Below, piece by piece: positions 32,092-40,913 of a DNA stretch of 64,000 bases; within the stretch, counting starts at the first letter, position 1, and each line of letters begins with the position of its first letter. Origin of the DNA: Granulicella sp. (lineage in GTDB: Bacteria; Acidobacteriota; Terriglobia; Terriglobales; Acidobacteriaceae); NCBI GenBank assembly GCA_027339965.1, contig DAHWNL010000016.1, forward strand, positions 58,148-122,147. Direction: 5' to 3'. The notes beneath the pieces are model-generated. The model was not told the DNA's origin and searched no databases. It saw only the letters and a program-made list of their open reading frames with translations. Position numbers and translations under genes: made by a program.

Positions 32092-32476
32092 GCTACTCCC
32101 TGCAGCGCGGACTCTACCCTGTCCGTCGCTCTTTCCACGCCGAGAGCGCCTTTCCCCGACGCGCCGCCGATCCAAGCAGACCGAAGATCCTTCGACCTGC
32201 CGGCTGACCTGCTCAGAAGGTTCTCTTGCAAGGAGAATGGAAGGAAGTGGCCTTTTCTCAACTGCGATCGGCCTGAGGATCCAACCTGCGGGGGCCGTGC
32301 CTGCGGGGGCCGCGCACCCGTACAGTAAGATGTTGAGGGGTACATGGCTCCAGCGAGGAATCCGGCCCGTAGAAAGCTCATTGACTCTCCTGGTGAGTGA
32401 TCGGCAGGGATCTTATCGGAAACGGATTCCACGGGTCCACCTGGGCCGGACTCTGCGCGGGCGGAGACTTTTTGAA

Positions 32477-33583
32477 ATGGCCGAAGATGAACTGATTCTG
32501 ATGACTGGCGCCACCGGATTTCTAGGCATGCAACTGGTGCGCGACCTGCTCGACCAGCGTCCCCAGGTGCGGCTGGCGCTGCTGGTCCGTGACCGTGCCG
32601 GACTTAGCGGCGAGCAGCGCGTTCACGCGTTCCTTCCCGAGGCGCATCGCGCGCGTGTGCAGACGGTATCCGGCGATGTAAGCCATCCCGGCTGCGGGCT
32701 GGATGAGGCGACACAGCAGCGTCTGCGGGCGGAGGTCACGCGCGTGATTCACTCCGCGGCCACGGTGCGCTTCGATCACTCGCTCGAAGAGGCGCGCCGC
32801 ATCAACGTCGAAGGAACGCGGCATCTCTTGGACTTTGCGGGCAGCGTACGGCCGTTGCGCAGCTTCGCCTATGTGGGCACAGCCTACGTGGCCGGCGAGC
32901 GCACCGACCTGGTGCGCGAGGACGAACTGGCCATCGGACAGAGCTACCGGAACACCTACGAGCAGACGAAAGCCGAAGCTGAGGCGCTGGTGCGTTCGCG
33001 TCTGGCCTCCATGCCCGGCGTCATTCTACGCCCCAGCATTATCGTGGGAGACTCCCGCACCGGCGTCACCTCCAGCTTCAAGATGATGTACTGGCCGCTG
33101 AAGATCTACGCGCGCGGGCTTTGGCGGACCGTGCCCGGCTATCCTGACGCCGTGCTGGACATTGTGCCGGTCGACTTTGTCGCGCGCGCCGTGGCGCAGC
33201 TTCTGTTTGACCCGGCCGCGCTGGGCTCGACGGTGCATCTTTGCGCCGGGCCGCAGGGCAGCGCCACCATCGACCAGATTGCGCTCCGAGCCCGCGAGTA
33301 CTTCCACGGTCCCGCGCCGCGCTACGTGGATCCGCGCTTTTTCTTCGCCGTTCTGCGGCCTCTGCTCTTCATGGCACTGTGGGGACGCAAGCGCAACGTG
33401 CTGCGCGACGGGCGCGCCTACCGCGACTACTTCACCATGCGCATGCAGTTTGACATCAGCAACGCACAGCGGTTTCTGCAGTCCACCGGCCTCACTCCTC
33501 CGCCGGTCCTGGATTATCTTGAACGTCTCTTCAACTACTGCGTGGCCAGCGAGTGGGGCCGCAAGCCGGTCTCCGCCGCATGA
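32477..33583 (+). CDS. Fatty-acyl/thioester reductase (extended SDR, NAD_binding_4 / male-sterility type)
   Basis: TGATGFLG, IHSAATVRF, NVEGT, YEQTK, RPSII and DIVPVD motifs. Confidence 0.88.
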   Translation: MAEDELILMTGATGFLGMQLVRDLLDQRPQVRLALLVRDRAGLSGEQRVHAFLPEAHRARVQTVSGDVSHPGCGLDEATQQRLRAEVTRVIHSAATVRFDHSLEEARRINVEGTRHLLDFAGSVRPLRSFAYVGTAYVAGERTDLVREDELAIGQSYRNTYEQTKAEAEALVRSRLASMPGVILRPSIIVGDSRTGVTSSFKMMYWPLKIYARGLWRTVPGYPDAVLDIVPVDFVARAVAQLLFDPAALGSTVHLCAGPQGSATIDQIALRAREYFHGPAPRYVDPRFFFAVLRPLLFMALWGRKRNVLRDGRAYRDYFTMRMQFDISNAQRFLQSTGLTPPPVLDYLERLFNYCVASEWGRKPVSAA

Positions 33584-35187
33584 GCCTCCTGCCGCGATAC
33601 CGGCTCTCGCGCGACACCAGCGTCACTGTGGCCAACCTCATCGATGAACTAGTCCGGCGCAAGGGAGACTGCGAGGTTTCGGTGGATGATGAGGGCTCCT
33701 TTCGTCTCTCCGATCTCCACGCCGAGGTCTGCGCCCTCGACGCGTTCCTCCGCCGGACCGTCGCCCTACAACCAGGGGAGCAGGTTGCCATCTATCGCAG
33801 CAACGACCGGCGCTGCTTCCACTGGTTTCTGGCCATCGTCCGCGCTGGCGGCATCGCGGTCCCGCTCAATCCGCAACTCTCGCTGGCCGAGGTCCGCCGC
33901 ATCCTGGCCGATAGTGGCACGCGCATCCTGGTCACCGACAAGGCGGTCTTTGAACGCACCATCGGTAGCCGTCAGGCCCTGGACGTGCGCACCTGGATCC
34001 AGGCAGACGATGAGCCGGAGACCCTCGACGGATTTGTCCGCGCGCCGGCCTCCACTGCCACCGCCTTGCCTCCGCCGAACATCGATCCTGCGGCGACCAT
34101 CGCCATCTTTCACACCTCGGGAACCAGCGGATTTCCCAAGGGCGCAGCCCTGTCCAGCAACGCGTTGCTGGGCGCGCGCGCTTCCACCGTGCTCTCCGGC
34201 GTCTTCCTGGGGCCTCGTGACCTGGCGCTGGTCGCCCTGCCGTGGTCGCACATCATGGCGGTCAGCATCGCGCTCTACGGGCTGATGGCCGGCATTCGCG
34301 GCTGCTTTCTCAACCGCTTTGATACGGAAGCCGCTCTGAGCCTTGTCGAGCGGTTTCGCGTGACGGCGGTGATTGGCGTTCCGGCTATGTTGGCCCGCCT
34401 GGTCAACGCTCATCCAGACCCGGCTCGTCTGGCCAGCGTGCGCCTCTGGCTTTCAGCCAGCGATCATCTGCCCCGGGAGGTGCGGCTGCAACTGCGCCGC
34501 TACGGAGCGTTGCTGCGCCTGCCCGGCGGTCTTCGCATTCCTCCCGTGCTTCTGAATGGTTACGGCATGGTTGAACTGGGTGGTCTGGCCATGATGGGCG
34601 TTGAACTTTCGTTTGCTCCCGGCAGCGGCGACCTTTGCATCCCCGTACCCCCGTTCCGCATCCGCATCGTCGATGAAGACGGCCGCGTGTTGCCGCCAGG
34701 CGCCGCCGGCGAGTGTCAGATTCGCCGCCACGGCATCACGCCACACTACTGGAAGGACACGGGCGAGACGCAGGAAGGCATTTTGACCAGCGACGGCTGG
34801 CTGCGCACCGGCGACCTGGCTGTGCGCAATCGCCTGGGGCTCATCCGTGTGGTGGGACGCGCCAAGGACGTCATCAAGGCCGGCGGCTACTCGGTGTACG
34901 TCAAGGAACTCGAAGAAACCATCCTGGCCCATCCGGATGTCGCGCGCGCCGTCGCCTTTGGCCTTCCGCACCGCGACAAAGGCGAGATGCCCGTGGCCGC
35001 TGTTGAGCTGCATCCTGGCGCCACGGTCAGTGAAACGGCTCTGCTGGAGTGGTGCCGCGGCCGTCTGGCAGCCTACAAATCGCCACGCCGGATCTGGATT
35101 CTCGCTCCCGGCGAACTGCCGCAGAACCACACCGGCAAATTCTTAAGGCGTGAACTCCAGGCGCGGTTCGCCGCAACCCCGGACTGA
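33580..35187 (+). CDS. Class I adenylate-forming enzyme (acyl-CoA ligase-like)
   Basis: HTSGTSGFPKG, GYGMVE, LRTGDL, GRAKDVIK and TGK motifs; ATGA overlap with the reductase. Confidence 0.92.
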   Translation: MSLLPRYRLSRDTSVTVANLIDELVRRKGDCEVSVDDEGSFRLSDLHAEVCALDAFLRRTVALQPGEQVAIYRSNDRRCFHWFLAIVRAGGIAVPLNPQLSLAEVRRILADSGTRILVTDKAVFERTIGSRQALDVRTWIQADDEPETLDGFVRAPASTATALPPPNIDPAATIAIFHTSGTSGFPKGAALSSNALLGARASTVLSGVFLGPRDLALVALPWSHIMAVSIALYGLMAGIRGCFLNRFDTEAALSLVERFRVTAVIGVPAMLARLVNAHPDPARLASVRLWLSASDHLPREVRLQLRRYGALLRLPGGLRIPPVLLNGYGMVELGGLAMMGVELSFAPGSGDLCIPVPPFRIRIVDEDGRVLPPGAAGECQIRRHGITPHYWKDTGETQEGILTSDGWLRTGDLAVRNRLGLIRVVGRAKDVIKAGGYSVYVKELEETILAHPDVARAVAFGLPHRDKGEMPVAAVELHPGATVSETALLEWCRGRLAAYKSPRRIWILAPGELPQNHTGKFLRRELQARFAATPD

Positions 35188-35220
35188 TCTCGCTGTTGCG
35201 ATCAAACCACTCCGAATCGA

Positions 35221-36249
35221 TCAGGCCGAAGCGGAGAGGGCCGAGCGCGAGACCTCGCTCACCATCGTGCGGATGGAATCGATCACCAGATCCGGTTCGT
35301 CCAGATGAATCCAGTGCGCGCTCTCTTCCGCGATCACTTGCCGCACGTTATTGCCTATCCTGGCCAGACATTGCTCGGACAGAGGAGTCGAGCTGCCCGG
35401 AGTTAGCACCAGAACCGGGATGTCGCGAATCGGATTCGCGCTGTGCATCTCCGCAACCGTGTCCGGAACCGCCGAGACATATTGCTGCATCCCGACGTAA
35501 TAGTCGGGCCGGGACCAGTGCGCGGCAATGATAGGCCAGATCTCCCTGGGCATCTTTCCCACCTCATCGGTCAACCGCTTCAACACATGCCTTCCGCCTA
35601 GGCCACCCTCCTTGGCGATGCGGCCGGGTAGACCGTTCGACCGGCCCATCAGCGAGGTGATCACCAGACGCAACAGGCCGAGGCGCGCCACCGGAACCGC
35701 GTAGGCGGAGAGTTTCCTGCCCCGGTCGATCATCGATTGCTTGCTGGGATTCAGCGGAGGCCACTCCTCGCATCGCATCGGATCCACCAGCACCAGGCCG
35801 GCCACCTCTCCCGGATACTCCATCGCATAACGCTGCACACACAGGCCGCCGAAGGAGTGGCCCACCAGAATGTACGGCGGCCCAATGCCGGCCGATGCCA
35901 ACATGGTGTGCAACTCGGCGCAGATGTTTCCCGGGGTGCGCTGGCTGCAGCAGGGGCTGCTCCAGCCCAGACCGCTGCGATCGTAGGCCGCCGTCGCCGT
36001 AAATCCGGCAACCTTGTCTTGAATGTGCCGCCAGTTCAGGTTCGTCGCCGTGATGCCGGCCTCGAACAGTACCGCCGGTCCACCCGTTCCCTTCTCCACC
36101 ACAAAGAGCTTTTGTCCGGGTCCAATCTCTACCCAGCGACCCACTCCGGTGAACCGCTTTCGATCGCTCCGCTCGCCCAGCCATTGATAGAGAAATCCCG
36201 CAGCGGGGATGGCGGCAACAGACAGCAAAATCGCAGCACTCACACTCAT
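35221..36249 (-). CDS. Alpha/beta hydrolase with N-terminal membrane anchor
   Basis: GHSFGG nucleophile elbow, YDRSGLG, and SAHWIH catalytic His. Confidence 0.9.
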   Translation of the reverse strand: MSVSAAILLSVAAIPAAGFLYQWLGERSDRKRFTGVGRWVEIGPGQKLFVVEKGTGGPAVLFEAGITATNLNWRHIQDKVAGFTATAAYDRSGLGWSSPCCSQRTPGNICAELHTMLASAGIGPPYILVGHSFGGLCVQRYAMEYPGEVAGLVLVDPMRCEEWPPLNPSKQSMIDRGRKLSAYAVPVARLGLLRLVITSLMGRSNGLPGRIAKEGGLGGRHVLKRLTDEVGKMPREIWPIIAAHWSRPDYYVGMQQYVSAVPDTVAEMHSANPIRDIPVLVLTPGSSTPLSEQCLARIGNNVRQVIAEESAHWIHLDEPDLVIDSIRTMVSEVSRSALSASA

Positions 36250-37037
36250 GGAAGATCCTCGGAGCGGCTGATCACGCCAGGTTGAAAGTCGTTGGCATTC
36301 AGATGGGCCTTGGCTGTTCCTCGTTTAATGATCCAGACCGTCGAGCCAGCCTGACCGCGCATCTTCGCCTCGATCTGCGTGGCCGACCAGACCCCATTCG
36401 ATTGACGCAAGCCAAAATACGTAATCTCCTTCACAGCTCCGCCCTGTCGCAGCTTCTTCTCGGCATGCACCGGGTAGGCGATGTTGTGATCCAGCCAGGT
36501 GCGCACCTGAGTGTAGCTCGTCCGATCGGAAGCTCCGGGAACGCTCTTCAACAGATCGCAGCGACGTCCGCCGAATGAGGCTTCTCCCAGCACCATCTGC
36601 TCTGGCCAGAAGTACTGCGCATCCAGCAGATCTTCATAGCTGAAGGTCGTGCCCAGAAAACCATCGCCCCATCTCTCCGGCGGCAGCAGCGTGGGCGCAG
36701 CCCCGCGCCGACGGAACACTCGAATGCTGTCCCGTCCGTCGGGACGAGTCTCCAGCAGGATGCGGAGCCGTTCGTCTTTTCCACCTGCCTTCGCTCCCCG
36801 GGAAGGCACGGCCTCGATCAGCGTGTGCATGGCTCCGTGAAACCAAAGTCCCTCCGCGGAGATGGCGAAGCGAGTGCGATCTCCGCCCGCATCCACCCTG
36901 ACGATCTGGCCGCTGGCGCGATAGTCCGAAGACTCGATGCGGTTGCGCACCGTAACCAGATCCGCCGGCGTCTCAGCTACGCAGGCCGCGCCTGCCAGCA
37001 GCAACACCACGGCCGTCATCAGAGCGGCCCGCCTCAC
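36246..37037 (-). CDS. Outer-membrane lipoprotein-sorting (LolA-like) periplasmic protein
   Basis: Signal peptide; FLGTTFSYEDL and Y..VRTWLD patterns; overlaps both neighbours by 4 bp. Confidence 0.75.
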   Translation of the reverse strand: MRRAALMTAVVLLLAGAACVAETPADLVTVRNRIESSDYRASGQIVRVDAGGDRTRFAISAEGLWFHGAMHTLIEAVPSRGAKAGGKDERLRILLETRPDGRDSIRVFRRRGAAPTLLPPERWGDGFLGTTFSYEDLLDAQYFWPEQMVLGEASFGGRRCDLLKSVPGASDRTSYTQVRTWLDHNIAYPVHAEKKLRQGGAVKEITYFGLRQSNGVWSATQIEAKMRGQAGSTVWIIKRGTAKAHLNANDFQPGVISRSEDLP

Positions 37038-37699
37038 GATGCGACCCTCCCGTCGTGGACTCGGATGTGACGCGGCGCCGCCTGGGCAATCTCGTCCTCA
37101 TGCGTCACCACAATCAGCGTCATGCCTCGCGATCTCTGAATTCCCGTGAGAATCTCCATAATATGCGCGGAGTTCTTGCTATCCAGATTGCCCGTGGGCT
37201 CGTCGGCCAGCAGTATTTCGGGCTCATTGGCCAGCGCGCGGGCGATCGCCACGCGCTGCCGTTCGCCTGCGGAGAGCTTGCTCGGATGCTGATCCATGCG
37301 GTGTCCCATGCCCATCTCCCGAAGCAGACTCTCGGCGCGATTGCGGCGATCTCCGCTGCCGCTCCGCGAGGCCAGCATGGGAGCCTGCACGTTCTCGACA
37401 GCCCGCAGGGTGGGCAGCAGGTAAAACGCCTGGAACACGAAGCCTACATGATCGCAACGATAGGTATCAAGATCGAACGAAGAACCCAGCGGAACGCCAC
37501 GGAAGAGAATGTTGCCGCTGCTTGGGCTATCCAGCCCTCCCAGAAGATGCAGCAGCGTAGACTTCCCACTGCCGCTGTGGCCGCTGATGGCCACGAACTC
37601 ACCCGCCTCAATCGAGAGGTCGACGCCTCGCAGGGCTTCGATGCGTCCCTCTTCGTAGCTCTTGCACAACTCGCGCACTTCTAGAATGGGACTGCTCAT
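37034..37699 (-). CDS. ABC transporter ATP-binding protein (LolD/MacB-like)
   Basis: GHSGSGKST, LSAGERQRVAIARAL, LADEPTGNLD and VTH motifs. Confidence 0.93.
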   Translation of the reverse strand: MSSPILEVRELCKSYEEGRIEALRGVDLSIEAGEFVAISGHSGSGKSTLLHLLGGLDSPSSGNILFRGVPLGSSFDLDTYRCDHVGFVFQAFYLLPTLRAVENVQAPMLASRSGSGDRRNRAESLLREMGMGHRMDQHPSKLSAGERQRVAIARALANEPEILLADEPTGNLDSKNSAHIMEILTGIQRSRGMTLIVVTHEDEIAQAAPRHIRVHDGRVAS

Positions 37700-38097
37700 G
37701 CGTCTGAGCCTCCGTCCGGAACGCGCGAGAGAGTCCCGCACGCAAAAAATTGCCTAACACCCGAGTCGATCACACCCAACCTCCCAAGAGACGGCCGCCG
37801 ATGGCAAAAGTCAACCTCCCCATCGGCCAAAGTAGCTGCATGAACAAATGTTAATCTGCAACGGGTCTTTCCCAGCGCGCTTGCAGAAGATCCCATCGAG
37901 AAGATCTCCTCGATCGGCTCATCGAGCCTCCGCGGGGTCCATCCATCCCATCTTCGACTCCAACGCAGATGTGGCCGCCGGATGGCTGCCGGATGGCCGT
38001 CATCTGGCGCAAGTCCCGCGCTGCTACAGCCCTTCGCGGAACTCACGGAAGGCCACCTCCCAGCGCTTCTTGGAACGGACGAGGCTCCACGCCTGAG

Positions 38098-39366
38098 TCA
38101 CACCCTGACCCGTTGACGCTCGACGGCCTCTTCGATCAGCTCCGCCGCCCGGCCCGGACCATCCACCTGCTGGATGGCCTCCTGCAGCCTCCTTGCCGCC
38201 TCCACGTAGGAGCGATCTTCCAGTACCAGCCGGATCGCCTTGCGAAGCCGCGGCGGGGTAAGGCGATGCCGTGAGACCACCGCACCTGCACCGCACGCCT
38301 TCAGCCGCGCCGCAACCCCGGGCTGATCGTTGCCCAGCGGAACGGCGACCATCGGAACACCCTCGGCAAGCGACTCCAGAGCCGTGTTGATCCCAGCATG
38401 GGTGATCACCAACGCAGCCAACTTCAAAATCTCCAGTTGTGGCGCAAAGCGCACCACCAAAGGCGCTCCCGCCAGCGGTCCCAATTGCGCGGGGTCCATG
38501 CCACCGCCCAGCGAGATCAGCAGTTGCGCCTCCAGTCCTGCGCAGGCCTGCGCAATCACCCGGAAGATCGCCTCCGAACCATTCTGAAAGGTGCCGAGCG
38601 AAGCATAGATCAGCGGCCTTCCGTCCAGGCGCTCCCAGCAAAACTCTACCGCTGGGCGCTGCCGGGCATGAACAAACGGCCCGGAGTAATAAAGTCCGGG
38701 CGGCTTTGGGCCGCGCAGCGGAAACTCAAACTCCTCGGGCAATTGAGTGATCTGCGCCAAGGTGGACAGCCCGTCCTCGGGGCGATTGTAGGGCTTAAGT
38801 CCCCAGGCGATGCGCTGCGCGCTGATCTCGCGAAAGATGGGAGCACCGATCCACAGCAGTAGTTCAATGGCCAGCCGGTTCCGCAGCCGGCCAAGCCAGT
38901 CCTCCCTCGCCGCCCAGCCCAGCCAGAAGGGCGGAAACCGGTCGTCGTGCAGCAGCGGGGGCAGCAGAGCAATCGAAATCCAGGGTAGCCCCAGATAGTC
39001 GGCTACGTTTCCCGCAAAGTCCGCCTCATCCACCAGAAGCGCCTCCACACCGGCCTCACGCACCGCGCGCGGTCCATCGCGCAGAACCATGCGAGCCGAC
39101 TTCCGCACCCGCTGCAAGGTGAAGCGCAGGGCCGCCACTCCCTTCAGCCCTGCCATCCGCTCATCCAGTTTGGCCAGCGAACCCGGCGGGTACTCTTCCG
39201 CGCCGATGCAATGAAACTCGATGCCGGCGGCTCGCACCCGCTCCTCGGTATCGGCGATTCCGAAGAGAATCACCTTGTGGCCTCTTAACTCCAGAGAGCG
39301 CGCCAGGGCAGTCATCGGATTGATGTGCCCAGTGGCCGGAAAGCAAAAAGCTCCGAATCGCATCAT
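38098..39366 (-). CDS. GT1-family (MGT / CrtX-like) UDP-glycosyltransferase
   Basis: GHINPM, ASLGT, APQLEIL, THAGINT and DQP motifs. Confidence 0.9.
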   Translation of the reverse strand: MMRFGAFCFPATGHINPMTALARSLELRGHKVILFGIADTEERVRAAGIEFHCIGAEEYPPGSLAKLDERMAGLKGVAALRFTLQRVRKSARMVLRDGPRAVREAGVEALLVDEADFAGNVADYLGLPWISIALLPPLLHDDRFPPFWLGWAAREDWLGRLRNRLAIELLLWIGAPIFREISAQRIAWGLKPYNRPEDGLSTLAQITQLPEEFEFPLRGPKPPGLYYSGPFVHARQRPAVEFCWERLDGRPLIYASLGTFQNGSEAIFRVIAQACAGLEAQLLISLGGGMDPAQLGPLAGAPLVVRFAPQLEILKLAALVITHAGINTALESLAEGVPMVAVPLGNDQPGVAARLKACGAGAVVSRHRLTPPRLRKAIRLVLEDRSYVEAARRLQEAIQQVDGPGRAAELIEEAVERQRVRV

Positions 39367-39439
39367 GCCTTTCTTTAGTCGTTCTCCAACCGTTTCCGGG
39401 TCGTTTGCGAAAATCGCCTTCAGATCGCTTCCAGACGGC

Positions 39440-40573
39440 TCAATCGCAGCGCAGCGCATCCACCGGGGAGAGCTTCCCCGCCCGCCAGGCGGGAATCGCG
39501 CCGGCGATGAGACCGGCCAGAAGCGCAATGGTCAGCGCCTTTACCAGCACAGGCCACTGCAGGGTCGCCACAAAGAAGCTCGCGGTCTGCGGCAAGACCG
39601 CCAGAATACACAGAGCACACCATCCGAGGCCGATGCCCAAAACGCCTCCGCCCAGGCCCAGGAGGGCAGCCTCCAGTTCGATATGCGCCAGCACCTTCCA
39701 TTGCCTCCAACCGAGCGCGCGCAGAATGCCGATCTCGCGCGTGCGCTCAAAGACGGACATAGCCATGGTGTTGGCGATGCCCAAAATCCCGATCAACAGT
39801 GCCAGCGCCGAGGTTCCCCAGGCCGAGGTCTTCGCCAGCGCTACAAACTGATTGCTTCTGGCCCGCTCGACCGCCGGCACGGCGCGCGCCCCGGGCACCG
39901 CCGCCTGGATCGCAGCCTGTGCGGATCGGAAGTAGGCACCCTCTGCTTCGCCCGCCGGGGCTGGGCGCAAGCGCACATCAATGGTGGAAACTTTCCCATC
40001 CATGCCACTGAGCTGCTGCAACTGGTCAAGCGGCATCACGATCGCCGCCGCTTCCAGCGTGGATGCGGCATGATAGATCGCAGTCACACGGAACTCCGTG
40101 CCTTGCAGTTCGATGCTATCGCCCGGCGACTTCTTCAGATCCTGCGCGAGCAGGTCGCCGAGCATCACCTCCGGTTGCCCGTTGCTCACTCGCCTTCCCT
40201 GGAGAATCTTCAGGGAATTGAACTCGAACGCGTTGGCCTGCCAGCCGTAGACCAGCGCATTGATCTCCGGTGTCACGTCCATCAGATTGAAGATCGTGGG
40301 CGAAACCTGAGCCACCATGGGAAGCGCCCGAATCCTTGCCGCCGCCGTCTCATCCAGTGTCGTATTCAGGAAACTGCCTTGAATGACGGAGAAGTCCGTG
40401 TTGGTGCTGGAGTAGATGCGCATCCATTGCTGCTCAAAGGAGGTTGAGAAGCCCACCAAGCCGACAAACGCACCCACGGCCATGCCGATGCCGAAGAGCG
40501 TCAGCAGCGTCCTCAAGCGTCGGCGGCGGAGGTTCTTCAGTACATACCCAGTAAAGGAGAGCGACGTGGTCAT
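39440..40573 (-). CDS. ABC permease (MacB/LolE/FtsX type)
   Basis: RTLLTLFGIG, large periplasmic loop, ERTREIGILRALGW and PAWRA...PVDALR. Confidence 0.92.
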   Translation of the reverse strand: MTTSLSFTGYVLKNLRRRRLRTLLTLFGIGMAVGAFVGLVGFSTSFEQQWMRIYSSTNTDFSVIQGSFLNTTLDETAAARIRALPMVAQVSPTIFNLMDVTPEINALVYGWQANAFEFNSLKILQGRRVSNGQPEVMLGDLLAQDLKKSPGDSIELQGTEFRVTAIYHAASTLEAAAIVMPLDQLQQLSGMDGKVSTIDVRLRPAPAGEAEGAYFRSAQAAIQAAVPGARAVPAVERARSNQFVALAKTSAWGTSALALLIGILGIANTMAMSVFERTREIGILRALGWRQWKVLAHIELEAALLGLGGGVLGIGLGWCALCILAVLPQTASFFVATLQWPVLVKALTIALLAGLIAGAIPAWRAGKLSPVDALRCD

Positions 40574-40913
40574 GCGGTTTTGGGGCTTCTTCCATTCCAT
40601 CCAGGGTCGATCCCTGGCGAGCTTGCAACGGCAGCGCACCGCGCCCACAACCAGAATATGGGTTCGGGCGGGCGATCTCCAAATCCGTGGTCCGCGCCAG
40701 TGCTGCCGTGCCCGAAGAAACGCATCTGCTCAGAGGGGCCTCTTGTGAAAGAGAGGAGTTGACCCACATCCATCCCTCCTCCGAACAACCGACACGGGCT
40801 TGGGTCTGGGTTTGGATGCGGACATCCGGCATCTTGCCCTTCAGAGACGTAGGCCGGCAGCGGAACTGCTTCTTGGCCGGCTCGCCGAAGAACTCTGAAA
40901 GTGGAAGATTCTT

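Noticed and set aside
32285..32313. Tandem CCTGCGGGGGCCG duplication upstream of the reductase
   Set aside because: Only two GC-rich units with no spacer pattern; not CRISPR-like, and no function can be supported.
40860..40905. CGCCGAAG...AACTCT resembling part of a glycine riboswitch
   Set aside because: Remaining conserved elements are missing, the strand is wrong and no glycine-related gene is adjacent.
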